This document shows positions 47,076 through 56,789 of a DNA stretch of 64,000 nucleotides, one piece after another. Made by a program: the position numbers and the translations under genes. The notes beneath the pieces were generated by a model. That model searched no databases. It saw only the letters and a list, made by a program, of their open reading frames with translations, and was not told where the DNA came from. The stretch covers positions 1-64,000 of IMG/VR virus record IMGVR_UViG_2847593706_000001. One strand, written 5' to 3'. The first letter of the stretch is position 1. Each line of letters opens with the position of its first letter. The stretch comes from a virus. Taxonomy: Duplodnaviria; Caudoviricetes.

Positions 47076-47303
47076 TTAAATCTTTTTTACAGTTACTTTC
47101 TTAATTTTTAAGTGTTGTTTTAGAAAGTTTTCTTTTTCTTCTATTGAGGTGTTTGGATTGAACTTCACACCTTCAATTACATTCTTATCAAACTTTTTGA
47201 GACTTGTAGAAAATAAAATGTAATCTTGATCTTTCTGGTCATTGTCAGGATATTTATGATATGTTATTATCCTTTTGTAATAGATTATCATTCTTACTTT
47301 CAA
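47076..47303 (-). CDS. Hypothetical protein
   Basis: ORF in operon; start uncertain. Confidence 0.45.
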   Translation of the reverse strand: MKVRMIIYYKRIITYHKYPDNDQKDQDYILFSTSLKKFDKNVIEGVKFNPNTSIEEKENFLKQHLKIKKVTVKKI

Positions 47304-47565
47304 ATTTTCTGATTAAATTATCTTCATGATTATCAATGTAATCTTTAGCTTTTTGAAGTAGATTAGAAAGTAATCCGAAAGAATAATTTCTTTTATATAG
47401 TTCAGTAAAACCTTTTCCATTTTCTTTACTGATACTCATGGATGCACCGTTGTAGGTTCGTAATCTGATAACATATCCCTTGTATTCGGTTTTTGATATG
47501 GTTTCAGTTCCATTTTTCAATTCTTTTTTTGTGAATTGAACAAAATCAGAATTTTTGTTTTCCAT
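47254..47565 (-). CDS. Hypothetical protein
   Basis: ATG ORF in operon. Confidence 0.55.
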   Translation of the reverse strand: MENKNSDFVQFTKKELKNGTETISKTEYKGYVIRLRTYNGASMSISKENGKGFTELYKRNYSFGLLSNLLQKAKDYIDNHEDNLIRKFESKNDNLLQKDNNIS

Positions 47566-47566
47566 T

Positions 47567-48439
47567 TTACCAATTGTTTAAAAAGATTTGTTTTTGATTT
47601 TCTGCCATTTTTAGGCGGGTTTTGATTTTCTGAATGTCTTCTTCATTCCTATGAATTTCGACCACATGGAGTTGTAATTCTTTCTTTGTAAATCGATCAT
47701 CATAATCAATGAAGTAGCATTTCTTTCGTCCGGTTGCTAAAAAGTTTCCTTGAATCTGCCAATAATAATCTTTCTCATGTTCCTTGAAATCAGCTTGATT
47801 TTTGATCTTTTTAACTCTAAAAGCATGAGTTTTGCAGTCAGGACATTTCACCTCAATCATGTCATCAGCATCAATCAAACCATCTGGTGTACCTCCGAAA
47901 TATGAACACAATTCAACGAATTCTTGATTTTCTCCTGTTGCATAACATTTAACATCATACTTTTGTTCAAACATCAAAACTGCTTCAAGTTCCTTTTCAT
48001 TTCCACGATCCATTGAATCATTAGAAAATCGTTTTACACTTTGTCCTTCTGTAAGAATTTCAAGGGCTTTTTCTTCAATGTATGTTAATGCTCCTGTTGA
48101 TAAATGTTCGCTAAATTGGAAGTCCGGTTTGATAATTTTTCTTATTAATGATTCTTCAAATCCATATTCTTTTGATAAATCGGAAGTCGAATATTTATCA
48201 TTTCCTCTTGGTTTGTATTTATTTCTGATTTCTTCAACTTTTGAATCTGTTAAATTCAAATAATCAGTATCTGCCATTAACCGTCCTAAATCAGAAGATG
48301 TAAACTTTCCAAGTCTGGATTTGAACCATTCTTCACGTTTCCTTTCAGCTTCTGCAGTTCGCTCAATTGAAGCAAGAGCCGCCTCGTGTTCGGCTCTTAA
48401 TGCTTCAAAATCAACAACAATGTTATCTTTAGTCAGCAT
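47567..48439 (-). CDS. YqaJ/lambda-exonuclease family recombination nuclease
   Basis: EWFKSRLGKFTSS, GTPDGL, IEVKCP, YYWQIQG. Confidence 0.9.
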   Translation of the reverse strand: MLTKDNIVVDFEALRAEHEAALASIERTAEAERKREEWFKSRLGKFTSSDLGRLMADTDYLNLTDSKVEEIRNKYKPRGNDKYSTSDLSKEYGFEESLIRKIIKPDFQFSEHLSTGALTYIEEKALEILTEGQSVKRFSNDSMDRGNEKELEAVLMFEQKYDVKCYATGENQEFVELCSYFGGTPDGLIDADDMIEVKCPDCKTHAFRVKKIKNQADFKEHEKDYYWQIQGNFLATGRKKCYFIDYDDRFTKKELQLHVVEIHRNEEDIQKIKTRLKMAENQKQIFLNNW

Positions 48440-48863
48440 TGTCGAAAAGATTTATATTTAATTCATCAACATCGAATAATGGAATATCATTTCCACCTGT
48501 TGTTTTTGTTGATCCAGTACAAGTGATCCTAACACCTTGACCGATTTGCGTGTTCATTAATGCCTGTACAAGAACTGTTTGACCAGCAACAAAGGCTTTC
48601 GCTCCATCGTGTAATTTTGCAAGGAAATAAGTGTTTCCTTTGCCGTCTGTTGCTTCTTTAAACCCAAGAAAGAAACATTCAACTGGCTTTCCTTGTTCAG
48701 CAATCCATTCTTCCTTTTTCTGGTATGAAACTGTTAACTTTCTGTTAGTATCAGCATTCTTTAATGCGCCAATAGCATTTGTTGAAGGCATGATAAATGT
48801 GATTTCACCGTTCTTTGGATATAATTCCGGTTTTTGTTCTGAATTTTGATTTTCGTTTGACAT
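48429..48863 (-). CDS. Probable ssDNA-binding/annealing protein
   Basis: Beta-rich 144 aa with acidic tail next to the exonuclease; function inferred. Confidence 0.5.
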   Translation of the reverse strand: MSNENQNSEQKPELYPKNGEITFIMPSTNAIGALKNADTNRKLTVSYQKKEEWIAEQGKPVECFFLGFKEATDGKGNTYFLAKLHDGAKAFVAGQTVLVQALMNTQIGQGVRITCTGSTKTTGGNDIPLFDVDELNINLFDNAD

Positions 48864-48880
48864 TGTAGTATGATTTTATA

Positions 48881-50020
48881 TTATTTGAAATTTTTAATTA
48901 CAGAAACTGCATCTGAAATTGCATCCTGAATTCTTTCCATTGATCTGATGAATTCAGCTTTTAATTTTTCGTCTTTTATTTCTGGATCAGCAATTGAATA
49001 TTGTAAGCTTTGTAAGAACTCAACAGCTTTTTGCTTTTCTGGTTTTAAGGCTTCAAGCCTTTCCGATTCTGCTTTTGCCTTTGCTTCTGCTTCTGCTTTC
49101 TCTTTTGCAGCACGTTCTGCATCTTCCTTTTCTTTACGTTCTGCATCTTCTTTTGCAAGGCGATCAGTTTCAATTTTAGCCAAATGTGCTTTTTCTGCTT
49201 CCAGTTCTTCGCGTTGCTTTCTCAACTTTTCTTCCTCAGCTTCTCGCAGTTTTCGGGCATCTTCTTCTTTGGCTTTTAATTCTGCATCATGTTTTTCTTT
49301 TTCTGCTGCCAGCTTGTTGCGTTCTTTTTGTACTCTTGCTTCTTCTGCTTTTCGATCAGCTTCCATTTTTGCTTTTTCAGCATCCAATTTTGCTTTTTCT
49401 TCCTGCAGTCTTATGTTTTCAAGTCTTTGCGCTTCTGCTTCTTCAAGTGTTTTGATTTTAGATGAAAAGGCATTTTTGAATTGAATCAACTTTTCATTAA
49501 AGTCAAGTTCAAATTCTTCAAATTGAGAAACATCCGTTTTATAAAGACCTTCTTCAAAATCAACTTTTAATGATTCAATGGTTTCAAAAGAACATTTATT
49601 GATTTTCATATAGGCTTCATCAATAATGCAACTAATCGAATTCTTGATGTTATTCTTTCTCTCTTCTTCCAGGCGCAACTTTTCTTGTTTTTCCTTTACC
49701 TTCAATTCTTCCCATCTTTTAACTTCTTGTTGCTGCTTTTCTTCGTGTGGTCGGGTAATGGAAATAAGTTCTTCACTAGCCCCTGCAACGGTTTCACGAA
49801 ACTTTTTTATTTTAGAAGCAATTAGTTTGTCCTGATTCTGAATTTCAGTTCTGGCAGTGACAAGGGTTGTTCTGGCCTTCTTTGCTTCATCAAAAGTTTT
49901 ATTGTCTATAATTTCAATGAAAGGGTTTTCCTTGACAATTTGAAGCTGTTTTTCGCGCATTCCTTGTAATTCTGGAAGTTGGCTGACATCTAAGGTTTCA
50001 ATTTTTAATAGTTCGTTCAT
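48881..50020 (-). CDS. Long coiled-coil protein (DUF1351-like)
   Basis: E/K/A/R-rich heptads in the recombination module. Confidence 0.7.
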   Translation of the reverse strand: MNELLKIETLDVSQLPELQGMREKQLQIVKENPFIEIIDNKTFDEAKKARTTLVTARTEIQNQDKLIASKIKKFRETVAGASEELISITRPHEEKQQQEVKRWEELKVKEKQEKLRLEEERKNNIKNSISCIIDEAYMKINKCSFETIESLKVDFEEGLYKTDVSQFEEFELDFNEKLIQFKNAFSSKIKTLEEAEAQRLENIRLQEEKAKLDAEKAKMEADRKAEEARVQKERNKLAAEKEKHDAELKAKEEDARKLREAEEEKLRKQREELEAEKAHLAKIETDRLAKEDAERKEKEDAERAAKEKAEAEAKAKAESERLEALKPEKQKAVEFLQSLQYSIADPEIKDEKLKAEFIRSMERIQDAISDAVSVIKNFK

Positions 50021-50156
50021 TTTGAAGTTTTTTATCTTTTAGAAATTTGTTAAGTGCTTTTAGTTCTCTACCTGATAGTTGATCATGCCCCAGTCTTTTA
50101 CCATTGACATAATACACGCCCATATCATTAATGATTTCTATTGTTGTGTTTTCCAT
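49998..50156 (-). CDS. Unannotated 52-aa ORF
   Basis: MENTTIEIINDMGVYYVNGKRLGHDQLSGRELKALNKFLKDKKLQNERTIKN fills the gap in the operon. Confidence 0.55.
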   Translation of the reverse strand: MENTTIEIINDMGVYYVNGKRLGHDQLSGRELKALNKFLKDKKLQNERTIKN

Positions 50157-50325
50157 GGTTGGGGCTGTTTAAGTAGTTGGTAAATTCTTTATGATAGTAC
50201 CGGAAGAATCCAAAGAAAACGTAGATGAATAAGGGGAAAATAAAATCTATTGGATTCTGATTTTCTGATATTGCCAATACATAAGCAGTATTGACAAAAA
50301 GAATTATTGTTAATGCTGTTTTCAT
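50128..50325 (-). CDS. Small two-TM protein
   Basis: Two hydrophobic segments. Confidence 0.55.
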   Translation of the reverse strand: MKTALTIILFVNTAYVLAISENQNPIDFIFPLFIYVFFGFFRYYHKEFTNYLNSPNHGKHNNRNH

Positions 50326-50642
50326 ACTATGTTAAAGTTTAGATGGTTTTGTAAGTGGTTTTCTATTTCTCTTTTTTCACGAAGAATCAAAGGGAGATCT
50401 TCACATTCTATACTATCATATGCAGATAGAAAATGAACTTTAAAATGCTTTACAGAGTTTCCCCATTCTGGGTTTTGATCTATTTCAATTTCAAGATTTA
50501 CATCAACAGAAATTTCATCATCTTCAAAAAGCGTTACATCGATATCTAAAAATCTATCATTTCCAGATTCTATGTTGATTAACATATTTTGCTTTTTTAT
50601 TTGGCTGATTGGATCCAATAGTGTTAAATTTGCTGTATTCAT
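50322..50642 (-). CDS. Hypothetical acidic protein
   Basis: ATG ORF in the early leftward operon. Confidence 0.6.
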   Translation of the reverse strand: MNTANLTLLDPISQIKKQNMLINIESGNDRFLDIDVTLFEDDEISVDVNLEIEIDQNPEWGNSVKHFKVHFLSAYDSIECEDLPLILREKREIENHLQNHLNFNIV

Positions 50643-50697
50643 TTGTTTGACTTTTAATAGTTGAACATTTCGCCATCTGTTGCTGCAGGTGGCTTTT

Positions 50698-50895
50698 TTA
50701 TTTGTATGAAGCTCTTATTCTTGCTTCCATTTCTTCAAGCCTTGTAGACTTGTTCTGTTTCGGTTGCTTCGGTTCAATTGCCACATTTCCCCGGAGTGCT
50801 ATAATTTCAGCTTTAACATGAGATATGTCTCTTAGGACACTCTTCTCAATTTTTTCTAGTTGTGACAAAAGTGCTGTCGCTTGTTCTTCTGTCAT
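50698..50895 (-). CDS. Hypothetical coiled-coil protein
   Basis: Followed by a GCCA...TGGC hairpin at about 50672-50694. Confidence 0.55.
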   Translation of the reverse strand: MTEEQATALLSQLEKIEKSVLRDISHVKAEIIALRGNVAIEPKQPKQNKSTRLEEMEARIRASYK

Positions 50896-50901
50896 ATTTT
50901 T

Positions 50902-51177
50902 TTATTGTTTAATAAGTTCTTTTCTATTGTTTATGACTTTTTCAAGAGCAGAGACGGTTTCAAAGTGATTCTTTTGATAAACTCTGAAAAATGCTTTCTC
51001 AACAGATGCAGTAGGAATATCAATCATTTCAGAAACAAGCTTCCAATCTCCATGTCTTTTCTTTTTAAGAAGATCTTCAAGACTTTTTATATATTTCTTT
51101 TCTTCTGCACTTTCTGGAATCAAGGAAAACTTACTTTTCATAGGTATTTTTACGGTATTTACGGGCTTCCTCATTTT
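50902..51177 (-). CDS. Cro-like DNA-binding protein
   Basis: Divergent from CI; HGDWKLVSEMIDIPTASVEK is HTH-like; start uncertain (ATG 51177 or 51141). Confidence 0.6.
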   Translation of the reverse strand, partial: KMRKPVNTVKIPMKSKFSLIPESAEEKKYIKSLEDLLKKKRHGDWKLVSEMIDIPTASVEKAFFRVYQKNHFETVSALEKVINNRKELIKQ

Positions 51178-51216
51178 ATGTCTGTTTTTTGTCTTATTTT
51201 TGTCCTGATAACAATA

Positions 51217-51261
51217 CAAAAGTATAGCATTGCTATAATATATACAATAGCAAAGCTATTG
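51217..51261. promoter_or_regulatory. Genetic switch: two ATAGC-N3-GCTAT operators and leftward -7 box
   Basis: TATAGCATTGCTATA (51223-51237), CAATAGCAAAGCTATTG (51245-51261), TACTTTTG on the minus strand (51217-51224). Confidence 0.7.
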
Positions 51262-51296
51262 TTTTTGTGTTAAAGTTTTGTTAAAATTTTAAATAT

Positions 51297-52025
51297 TTGG
51301 CAATGAGTGTTAAAGAAAGGTTGAAGAAGTACCTTAATCATAAGGATATTAAGAGTATAGAGTTTACTGATTCTATTGGGGCCTCACAAGGCTATATAAA
51401 TGCTATCAGAAAATCTATTTCCCCAGATAAACTTGCTATAATAAAGATAAAGTATCCAGATTTAAATATTGATTGGTTAATTTATGGTGATGGTCGGATG
51501 CTTTATGATATAAATAGCAATGCTATTGTTGAAGAAGTTTATAAAGATGTTATTCCAAAAATTTATCCAACACATTTGGAGGTTAGAGTGGTAACTAATA
51601 AAGCAAGAGGAGGGTATACGGATAGTTATTATGCAGATGAGTATTTAAAAGATTTGCCAGTGGTATTAGTAGAAGCAGACAAGGAATATAAAGGCAAATA
51701 TTTAGCTTTTGAAGTTGATGGAGATAGTATGGAACCAGAATATTATCCTGGTGATATAGTTATATGTAGGGAGGTTAAAAGGGATTTATGGCAGTATAAG
51801 TTACATTTTAAAGAGTACGATTTTGTAATTGCTCACGGAACGAAAGGGATTATGTTAAAAGAAATAGTAGATCATAACATAGAAACTGGAGAAATTACTT
51901 GCCACTCCCTAAATAATGGCGATGGAAGAAATAGCGATTTTATTTTGAACTTAAAAGAAGTTTCATTCTTGTATAATATTGTGGAACATCGTAGAAGTGG
52001 AAAAGCTAAAAGAAGACATAGATAA
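51297..52025 (+). CDS. CI-like repressor (HTH + S24 autopeptidase)
   Basis: N-terminal HTH ending NIDWLIYGDG; VDGDSMEP and IMLK. Confidence 0.9.
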   Translation: MAMSVKERLKKYLNHKDIKSIEFTDSIGASQGYINAIRKSISPDKLAIIKIKYPDLNIDWLIYGDGRMLYDINSNAIVEEVYKDVIPKIYPTHLEVRVVTNKARGGYTDSYYADEYLKDLPVVLVEADKEYKGKYLAFEVDGDSMEPEYYPGDIVICREVKRDLWQYKLHFKEYDFVIAHGTKGIMLKEIVDHNIETGEITCHSLNNGDGRNSDFILNLKEVSFLYNIVEHRRSGKAKRRHR

Positions 52026-52041
52026 TTAAAAGCAAATAAAT

Positions 52042-52308
52042 ATGAAAAAGGTAATTATATTAATTCCCTTATGTTTTTTAGGTTGTAGTAAAGATGATGA
52101 TTCAGCCTGTTTTCAAACTTGGAATGTTACAGAGTATTGTACACGGTCAACCGGATGTAGTATTGTTGGTTGTGGTGAATCTCCAAAAACTCTTGAATCC
52201 AGATTTAAATGTGATGAGGTTCAAGGAGTAAAAAATGGAGACGTAATAAATTATAAAACTGTTGAATGTGCAAAGTTTTATAGAAAGTATAATTTCAAAG
52301 TAAACTAA
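52042..52308 (+). CDS. Cys-rich lipoprotein
   Basis: FLG-CSKDDD lipobox; six further Cys in the mature part. Confidence 0.75.
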   Translation: MKKVIILIPLCFLGCSKDDDSACFQTWNVTEYCTRSTGCSIVGCGESPKTLESRFKCDEVQGVKNGDVINYKTVECAKFYRKYNFKVN

Positions 52309-52562
52309 TGATTGAATCAGATAAAAATATGTTGAAAGCTATTGATATGCTAAAACAGTCGAAGGTAATCAAATTCAAAACTGAAGCTTACTTGGTTATG
52401 AATCTTAATACGGTTTATGTTCATAAGGTCAAAAATCCGGATTTAGAAAAGTATAGAAATTATTATCATTTCACAGCAGAACATATCAGATTATTTTGTA
52501 CACAATATAAAATCAACGCAAACTTTATCTATGGATTTGAAACAAATATGTACCGGAAATAG
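52308..52562 (+). CDS. HTH-like protein
   Basis: FTAEHIRLFC...INANFIYG; TAATG-coupled. Confidence 0.6.
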   Translation: MIESDKNMLKAIDMLKQSKVIKFKTEAYLVMNLNTVYVHKVKNPDLEKYRNYYHFTAEHIRLFCTQYKINANFIYGFETNMYRK

Positions 52563-52582
52563 GATAAAAATTAAGCAATTTT

Positions 52583-52606
52583 CGGGTAACTTTTCGGGTA
52601 ACTTTT
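52583..52606 (+). repeat. Candidate integrase arm-type sites, right
   Basis: CGGGTAACTTTT twice; matches 7320-7341. Confidence 0.75.
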
Positions 52607-52696
52607 GAATAAAAAAACAAACAATCTTTAAAATAATAATTCCGTAAAGGGTTATCTTTCAGTCGATTAATAATTCATGATGTATAGGGGCATTGC

Positions 52697-52739
52697 CTCA
52701 TAATCAGGTGGTCCCTGGTTCGAGCCCAGGTGGGACCAC
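52697..52739 (+). repeat. Prophage right att core / left junction of island C (tRNA 3' half)
   Basis: Exact 43-bp copy of 7203-7245; no tRNA 5' half upstream. Confidence 0.95.
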
Positions 52740-52741
52740 AG

Positions 52742-52769
52742 AAAAGCACTCAATTTGAGTGCTTTTTTT
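52742..52769 (+). terminator. Intrinsic terminator after the tRNA fragment
   Basis: AAAAGCACT...AGTGCTTTTTTT. Confidence 0.7.
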
Positions 52770-52912
52770 ATTTCTATACTGTAGTTCAGTCTTTTATACT
52801 TACATTTTATCAATAATTCTAGTTTCTATAGTTCCTTCTGATGGAGAAAAGGCATATAAAAAGGCACATCTTCATCATTAAAAAGGCATACCCTTTAAAA
52901 TTTATTAATTAA

Positions 52913-54121
52913 ATGAATTACAATAAATTACATATACTATTTGTGATAGATAAAACCAATGTGAATACAAAAGGTAAAGCTCCATTGAGGTGTAGGTTAA
53001 CCTATTCAGGAAAAAGAAAGGTTTTTTCTACAGGATTATTTATTATTTCTAAACAATGGGATAGTAAACAACAATTAATTAAGCCTCCTAATGAAGAAAA
53101 TACATTTATTAATACTTCACTAAGTCTGGTTAAGAATGGAATTAATCAGGCTTTTTTATTTCTACAGGTTAGTGGAAATGATTTTGATATTAACGATATT
53201 TACTTACAATACAAAGGAGATATTCCTAAGCAAGACAAAACTATACTTCAGCTTTTTCAAGAACATAATATAAGAGTTGAAAAACTAATAGGGAAGGAGT
53301 ATTCTATAGCAACCTTATGGAAGTTTAAACAAGCGAAAGAGTTGTTAAAAGACTTTATAAAATCTCATTTCAACAAAGCTGATTATCATTTTAAAGATTT
53401 AGACTTGAAATTTATTCAAGATTATGAGTTTTATTTAAAAACAGAAAAGTCTTTAGCTATTGCTACTACTAATAAGATGATACAAAGGTTCAGGAAAATT
53501 GTCAAGGTTGCTCTCTCAGAAGATATTTTACACAAGGAACCTTTTACTAACTATAAAGTAAAACATATTAAAAAAGAAATAACTTATTTAACTGAAGAAG
53601 AATTAGCTAAGCTTGAGGAATATCAATTTAAAGCTGAAAAATTGCAGATGGTTAAGGATATGTTTGTATTCTGTTGTTATACAGGTTTGGCTTATAGTGA
53701 GATGGTTAATCTTGAAAAATCTCATATTATAAAGGGATTTGATGGTAATGAATGGATTAATATGATGAGAGGAAAAACTCAGCATTTGTTAACAATACCT
53801 CTGTTTACTAGAAGTAAAAGAATCATTGATAAATATGACTATGTTGATGAAAAAAGAGTTCTTCCTAAGTTAAGTAACCAAAAGTTTAATGTTTATTTGA
53901 AAGAAATAGCTGATATAGTTGGAATAAATAAAAGGCTTACTCATCATCTAGCAAGAAGAACCTTTGCAACAACTGTATTACTTTTTAATGATGTCCCTAT
54001 GGAGATTGTATCACAACTTTTAGGGCATTCAAAAATTACTATAACCCAGCAACATTATGCTAAGGTAGTACAGAAAAAGGTTAGTGAGCAGATGAATAGA
54101 TTGAATTCTAAGTTGAAATAA
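52913..54121 (+). CDS. Bacteroidota-type tyrosine integrase
   Basis: Arm-binding N-terminus; FCCYTGLAYSE, HLARRTFAT, LLGHS, QHYAKV. Confidence 0.92.
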   Translation: MNYNKLHILFVIDKTNVNTKGKAPLRCRLTYSGKRKVFSTGLFIISKQWDSKQQLIKPPNEENTFINTSLSLVKNGINQAFLFLQVSGNDFDINDIYLQYKGDIPKQDKTILQLFQEHNIRVEKLIGKEYSIATLWKFKQAKELLKDFIKSHFNKADYHFKDLDLKFIQDYEFYLKTEKSLAIATTNKMIQRFRKIVKVALSEDILHKEPFTNYKVKHIKKEITYLTEEELAKLEEYQFKAEKLQMVKDMFVFCCYTGLAYSEMVNLEKSHIIKGFDGNEWINMMRGKTQHLLTIPLFTRSKRIIDKYDYVDEKRVLPKLSNQKFNVYLKEIADIVGINKRLTHHLARRTFATTVLLFNDVPMEIVSQLLGHSKITITQQHYAKVVQKKVSEQMNRLNSKLK

Positions 54122-54174
54122 CTTAATATTAGTTACTATGTTCTATTTTTACTAAATATTTAATATTATTTTAT

Positions 54175-56676
54175 ATGGAGTCAACTAATAGCCATTTTGA
54201 TGGTTTTCCTATAGATTTTAAAGAAATAAATAAGGAGGATTTTCCAGATTTTTCTGTGAGTGATAAAGTAGTAATAAGTCCAAACGATGATGGGTTTATT
54301 GGTCAGGCTATTATCGATAATATAGATTTGCAAGAAAAAAATACAGTAGTTATTAATGCTGCAGTAGGTCAGGGTAAAACTACAGCTATAATGGAAGTGG
54401 TAAAAGACTATTATGATAATACTGATTATTTAATATTCATAGTTTCACCATTTACGAGTTTAGTTGAGCAATACTATAAAAAAACTGCTAGTATAGGAAT
54501 ACCCGAAGAGGATATTTATAGATATGAGCTAATTGGTAAGGATATGTCTAGAGATGCGTGGAATAGTAGGGTTCAGATTGCTACAGTGAATTGTTTATTA
54601 GGTAATCCAGGAGAGGAATCTTTAATAAACAGCGAAGCTAAAAGAAACTATATAAACTACTTAAAGCGAATGTGTGAAGAAAGTGGAAAAAAGGTAGTTT
54701 TTATCTATGATGAAATCCATGATTCCATTCATAATTTTAAAGAAAGATATATTTTCAACTTATGGAAATGGAAAAATGTCATTCATAAGAATTTTATATT
54801 AAGCGCCACTTACAATGAAGCTTCTAAGGTTGTAATAGAGTATCTGGCTGAGCTTACAGATGATAAAATTCAAATTATAGAATCTGAAAGAAAAGTGTTT
54901 ATGGATAAGCAATCAGAATTATTTTTACATTTTAATACTGCAAGTAGTTATTCAGAAAGTAATGATGGTATACAAGCAATAGTTGAGGATTTAGTTAGAA
55001 AAGGAAAGAAAATAGATATTCTTTCATATTCTAAAAATCTTGCAGATAAAATATGTAATAATATAGATTCAGGTATTGGTAAGTTATTGTTTGATGCTTT
55101 TGGGGAGATTAACAATTGTACTTCAGATAGTAAATATTCATTTGGAGATATATTCGTAAATAGGTATAATCCTGAGAAATGTAATGTAGGGACAAACTTT
55201 AAATCTGGAGTAAGTATTGAAAAAGAAGATCATGCTTTAATCATAATTCTTCCTCCATTAGGTACAAAAGGAAATTTAAGTAATTATGGAATATTTTCAG
55301 ATGGAGTAAATTCCATTATCCAAGCTTTAGCAAGACAAAGAACTAAAGGAGAAATTCATATTGTTCTCCCTCCACCTGATAAGTTTGATTCGACTACATT
55401 AATGATGTCTGAGGAATTAAAAGAAAGATTTATGGATTCCTATGAAGTACATCAGGATTACAAAGCCTCAAATGATAGATTAGTACAATATTATTCTTTT
55501 AATCAACAGGATGAACTGCTTAAAACTTTTTATGATGAAGTAATTCATGAAAATGTTAGAGATGAAGAGCAACATATACAAACCTTATCAAGAGAAAATA
55601 AACTTTCACTAACTTTTCCTAGTTATAAAAACTATAAAATTTTGGAGGGAGAAAAGTATTTTCCAAAATATCATAAATTTTTTGGTGGAGATTTATCTTC
55701 ATTTATCTTATATTCTGCATTAACAAATCAATTCGTTAATTGTAGACTTGCAGATACAAATGCTAAATCTCTCTTGATTTTTGAAGAAGGGAAGATTCAA
55801 TGGAAATTAGAGCAATTTTTAAAAGAGTATCTAGATGAAAATTTTTTGTGGCTTCTTCAGACTACTACATCAAAGTATTTTTATAATTATCTTAAGGATG
55901 AGATATTTAGTAATTATAAAGTTTTCTATAAAGATTCTGTTGGAAGAAAAGAGATAATTAAGGATTCTCATAAAAATTTTGAACAACAGCTGATAGCTTT
56001 TGTCCAAAGGAAGTTTTATCCCCAAAATAAGATTTTTAATTTTCAGTTTTACTCTACTAGTGGGTTTGTTATAGATGCTTCTTATCCTAGAGGGGAATAT
56101 TTAATGTCATGTATATCACATGCTTTAAAAATGAATGAAACTCCAGATGATATTTTAGACAGTGATAAATTAGTGGTACAAGCTTATTTGGACTTAAATT
56201 ATTTTAGAGAAAAAATGTTGAACTCAATAATCACAACTAGAAGAGGTCAAAGGTGCTTTCCTAATGATGTACCAGAGAATTTTATTTTACCTGATGAAAT
56301 GGACAGGTATAGTAGAATGATTGAAGTCTTAATTACTTATGACCCTGTTATTAGTAAAAACCTGTTTGATTTTAAGAATCTATTTACAAGAAGTAATTAT
56401 TCACAAGCTGAAAGAATTAAAGGTTTTTATAATTATATGAAAGTTGATTTTTTTAAAGGAAAGGCTAAAAAATTTAAAAGCTCAACAATGAATGGGTATT
56501 ATTTTATAATAGAGGAGGATGTGGTTCTTCCAGATTCTAATTTAGTAATGAACTTTCTTAGTGTAGAAGATTTTAGTATTCCTGAAGAAGCAATGCCAAC
56601 CTTAATAATAGATGCTGATGGAAACCCTTTTATTCAATATCTAAATGGAGATAGAGAGGCATTTAGCATTTCTTAA
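54175..56676 (+). CDS. SF2 (DExH) helicase-like protein, 833 aa
   Basis: AAVGQGKTT, YDEIHD, LSAT, QALARQR. Confidence 0.8.
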   Translation: MESTNSHFDGFPIDFKEINKEDFPDFSVSDKVVISPNDDGFIGQAIIDNIDLQEKNTVVINAAVGQGKTTAIMEVVKDYYDNTDYLIFIVSPFTSLVEQYYKKTASIGIPEEDIYRYELIGKDMSRDAWNSRVQIATVNCLLGNPGEESLINSEAKRNYINYLKRMCEESGKKVVFIYDEIHDSIHNFKERYIFNLWKWKNVIHKNFILSATYNEASKVVIEYLAELTDDKIQIIESERKVFMDKQSELFLHFNTASSYSESNDGIQAIVEDLVRKGKKIDILSYSKNLADKICNNIDSGIGKLLFDAFGEINNCTSDSKYSFGDIFVNRYNPEKCNVGTNFKSGVSIEKEDHALIIILPPLGTKGNLSNYGIFSDGVNSIIQALARQRTKGEIHIVLPPPDKFDSTTLMMSEELKERFMDSYEVHQDYKASNDRLVQYYSFNQQDELLKTFYDEVIHENVRDEEQHIQTLSRENKLSLTFPSYKNYKILEGEKYFPKYHKFFGGDLSSFILYSALTNQFVNCRLADTNAKSLLIFEEGKIQWKLEQFLKEYLDENFLWLLQTTTSKYFYNYLKDEIFSNYKVFYKDSVGRKEIIKDSHKNFEQQLIAFVQRKFYPQNKIFNFQFYSTSGFVIDASYPRGEYLMSCISHALKMNETPDDILDSDKLVVQAYLDLNYFREKMLNSIITTRRGQRCFPNDVPENFILPDEMDRYSRMIEVLITYDPVISKNLFDFKNLFTRSNYSQAERIKGFYNYMKVDFFKGKAKKFKSSTMNGYYFIIEEDVVLPDSNLVMNFLSVEDFSIPEEAMPTLIIDADGNPFIQYLNGDREAFSIS

Positions 56677-56731
56677 ACTTCTATTTCCGTATATATCCCT
56701 ATAGAGTACAAAAACGAAATTGGAAGTTTCT

Positions 56732-56762
56732 AAAAATCCCTACAGAAATTGTAGGGATTTTT
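56732..56762 (+). terminator. Hairpin/terminator
   Basis: AAAATCCCTACA-GAAAT-TGTAGGGATTTT. Confidence 0.65.
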
Positions 56763-56789
56763 CATTATTTAACCTTAAATCAATTTATT

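Larger units (their letters stand above)
7203..52739. mobile_element. Apparently complete temperate prophage (~45.5 kb, long non-contractile tail type)
   Basis: 43-bp direct repeats at both ends; integrase, lysis, head, tail, tape measure, terminase, replication and repressor genes appear intact; no sheath gene recognised. Confidence 0.95.

Noticed and set aside
7349-52562. Genome-wide stop-codon reassignment in the prophage
   Set aside because: Genes are full length and densely packed under the standard code, and no suppressor tRNA was seen.
53675-53700. Island C integrase inactive because TGLAY lacks the first catalytic Arg
   Set aside because: The TGLAY/TGLSY variant is common in Bacteroidota integrases and the other motifs are intact.
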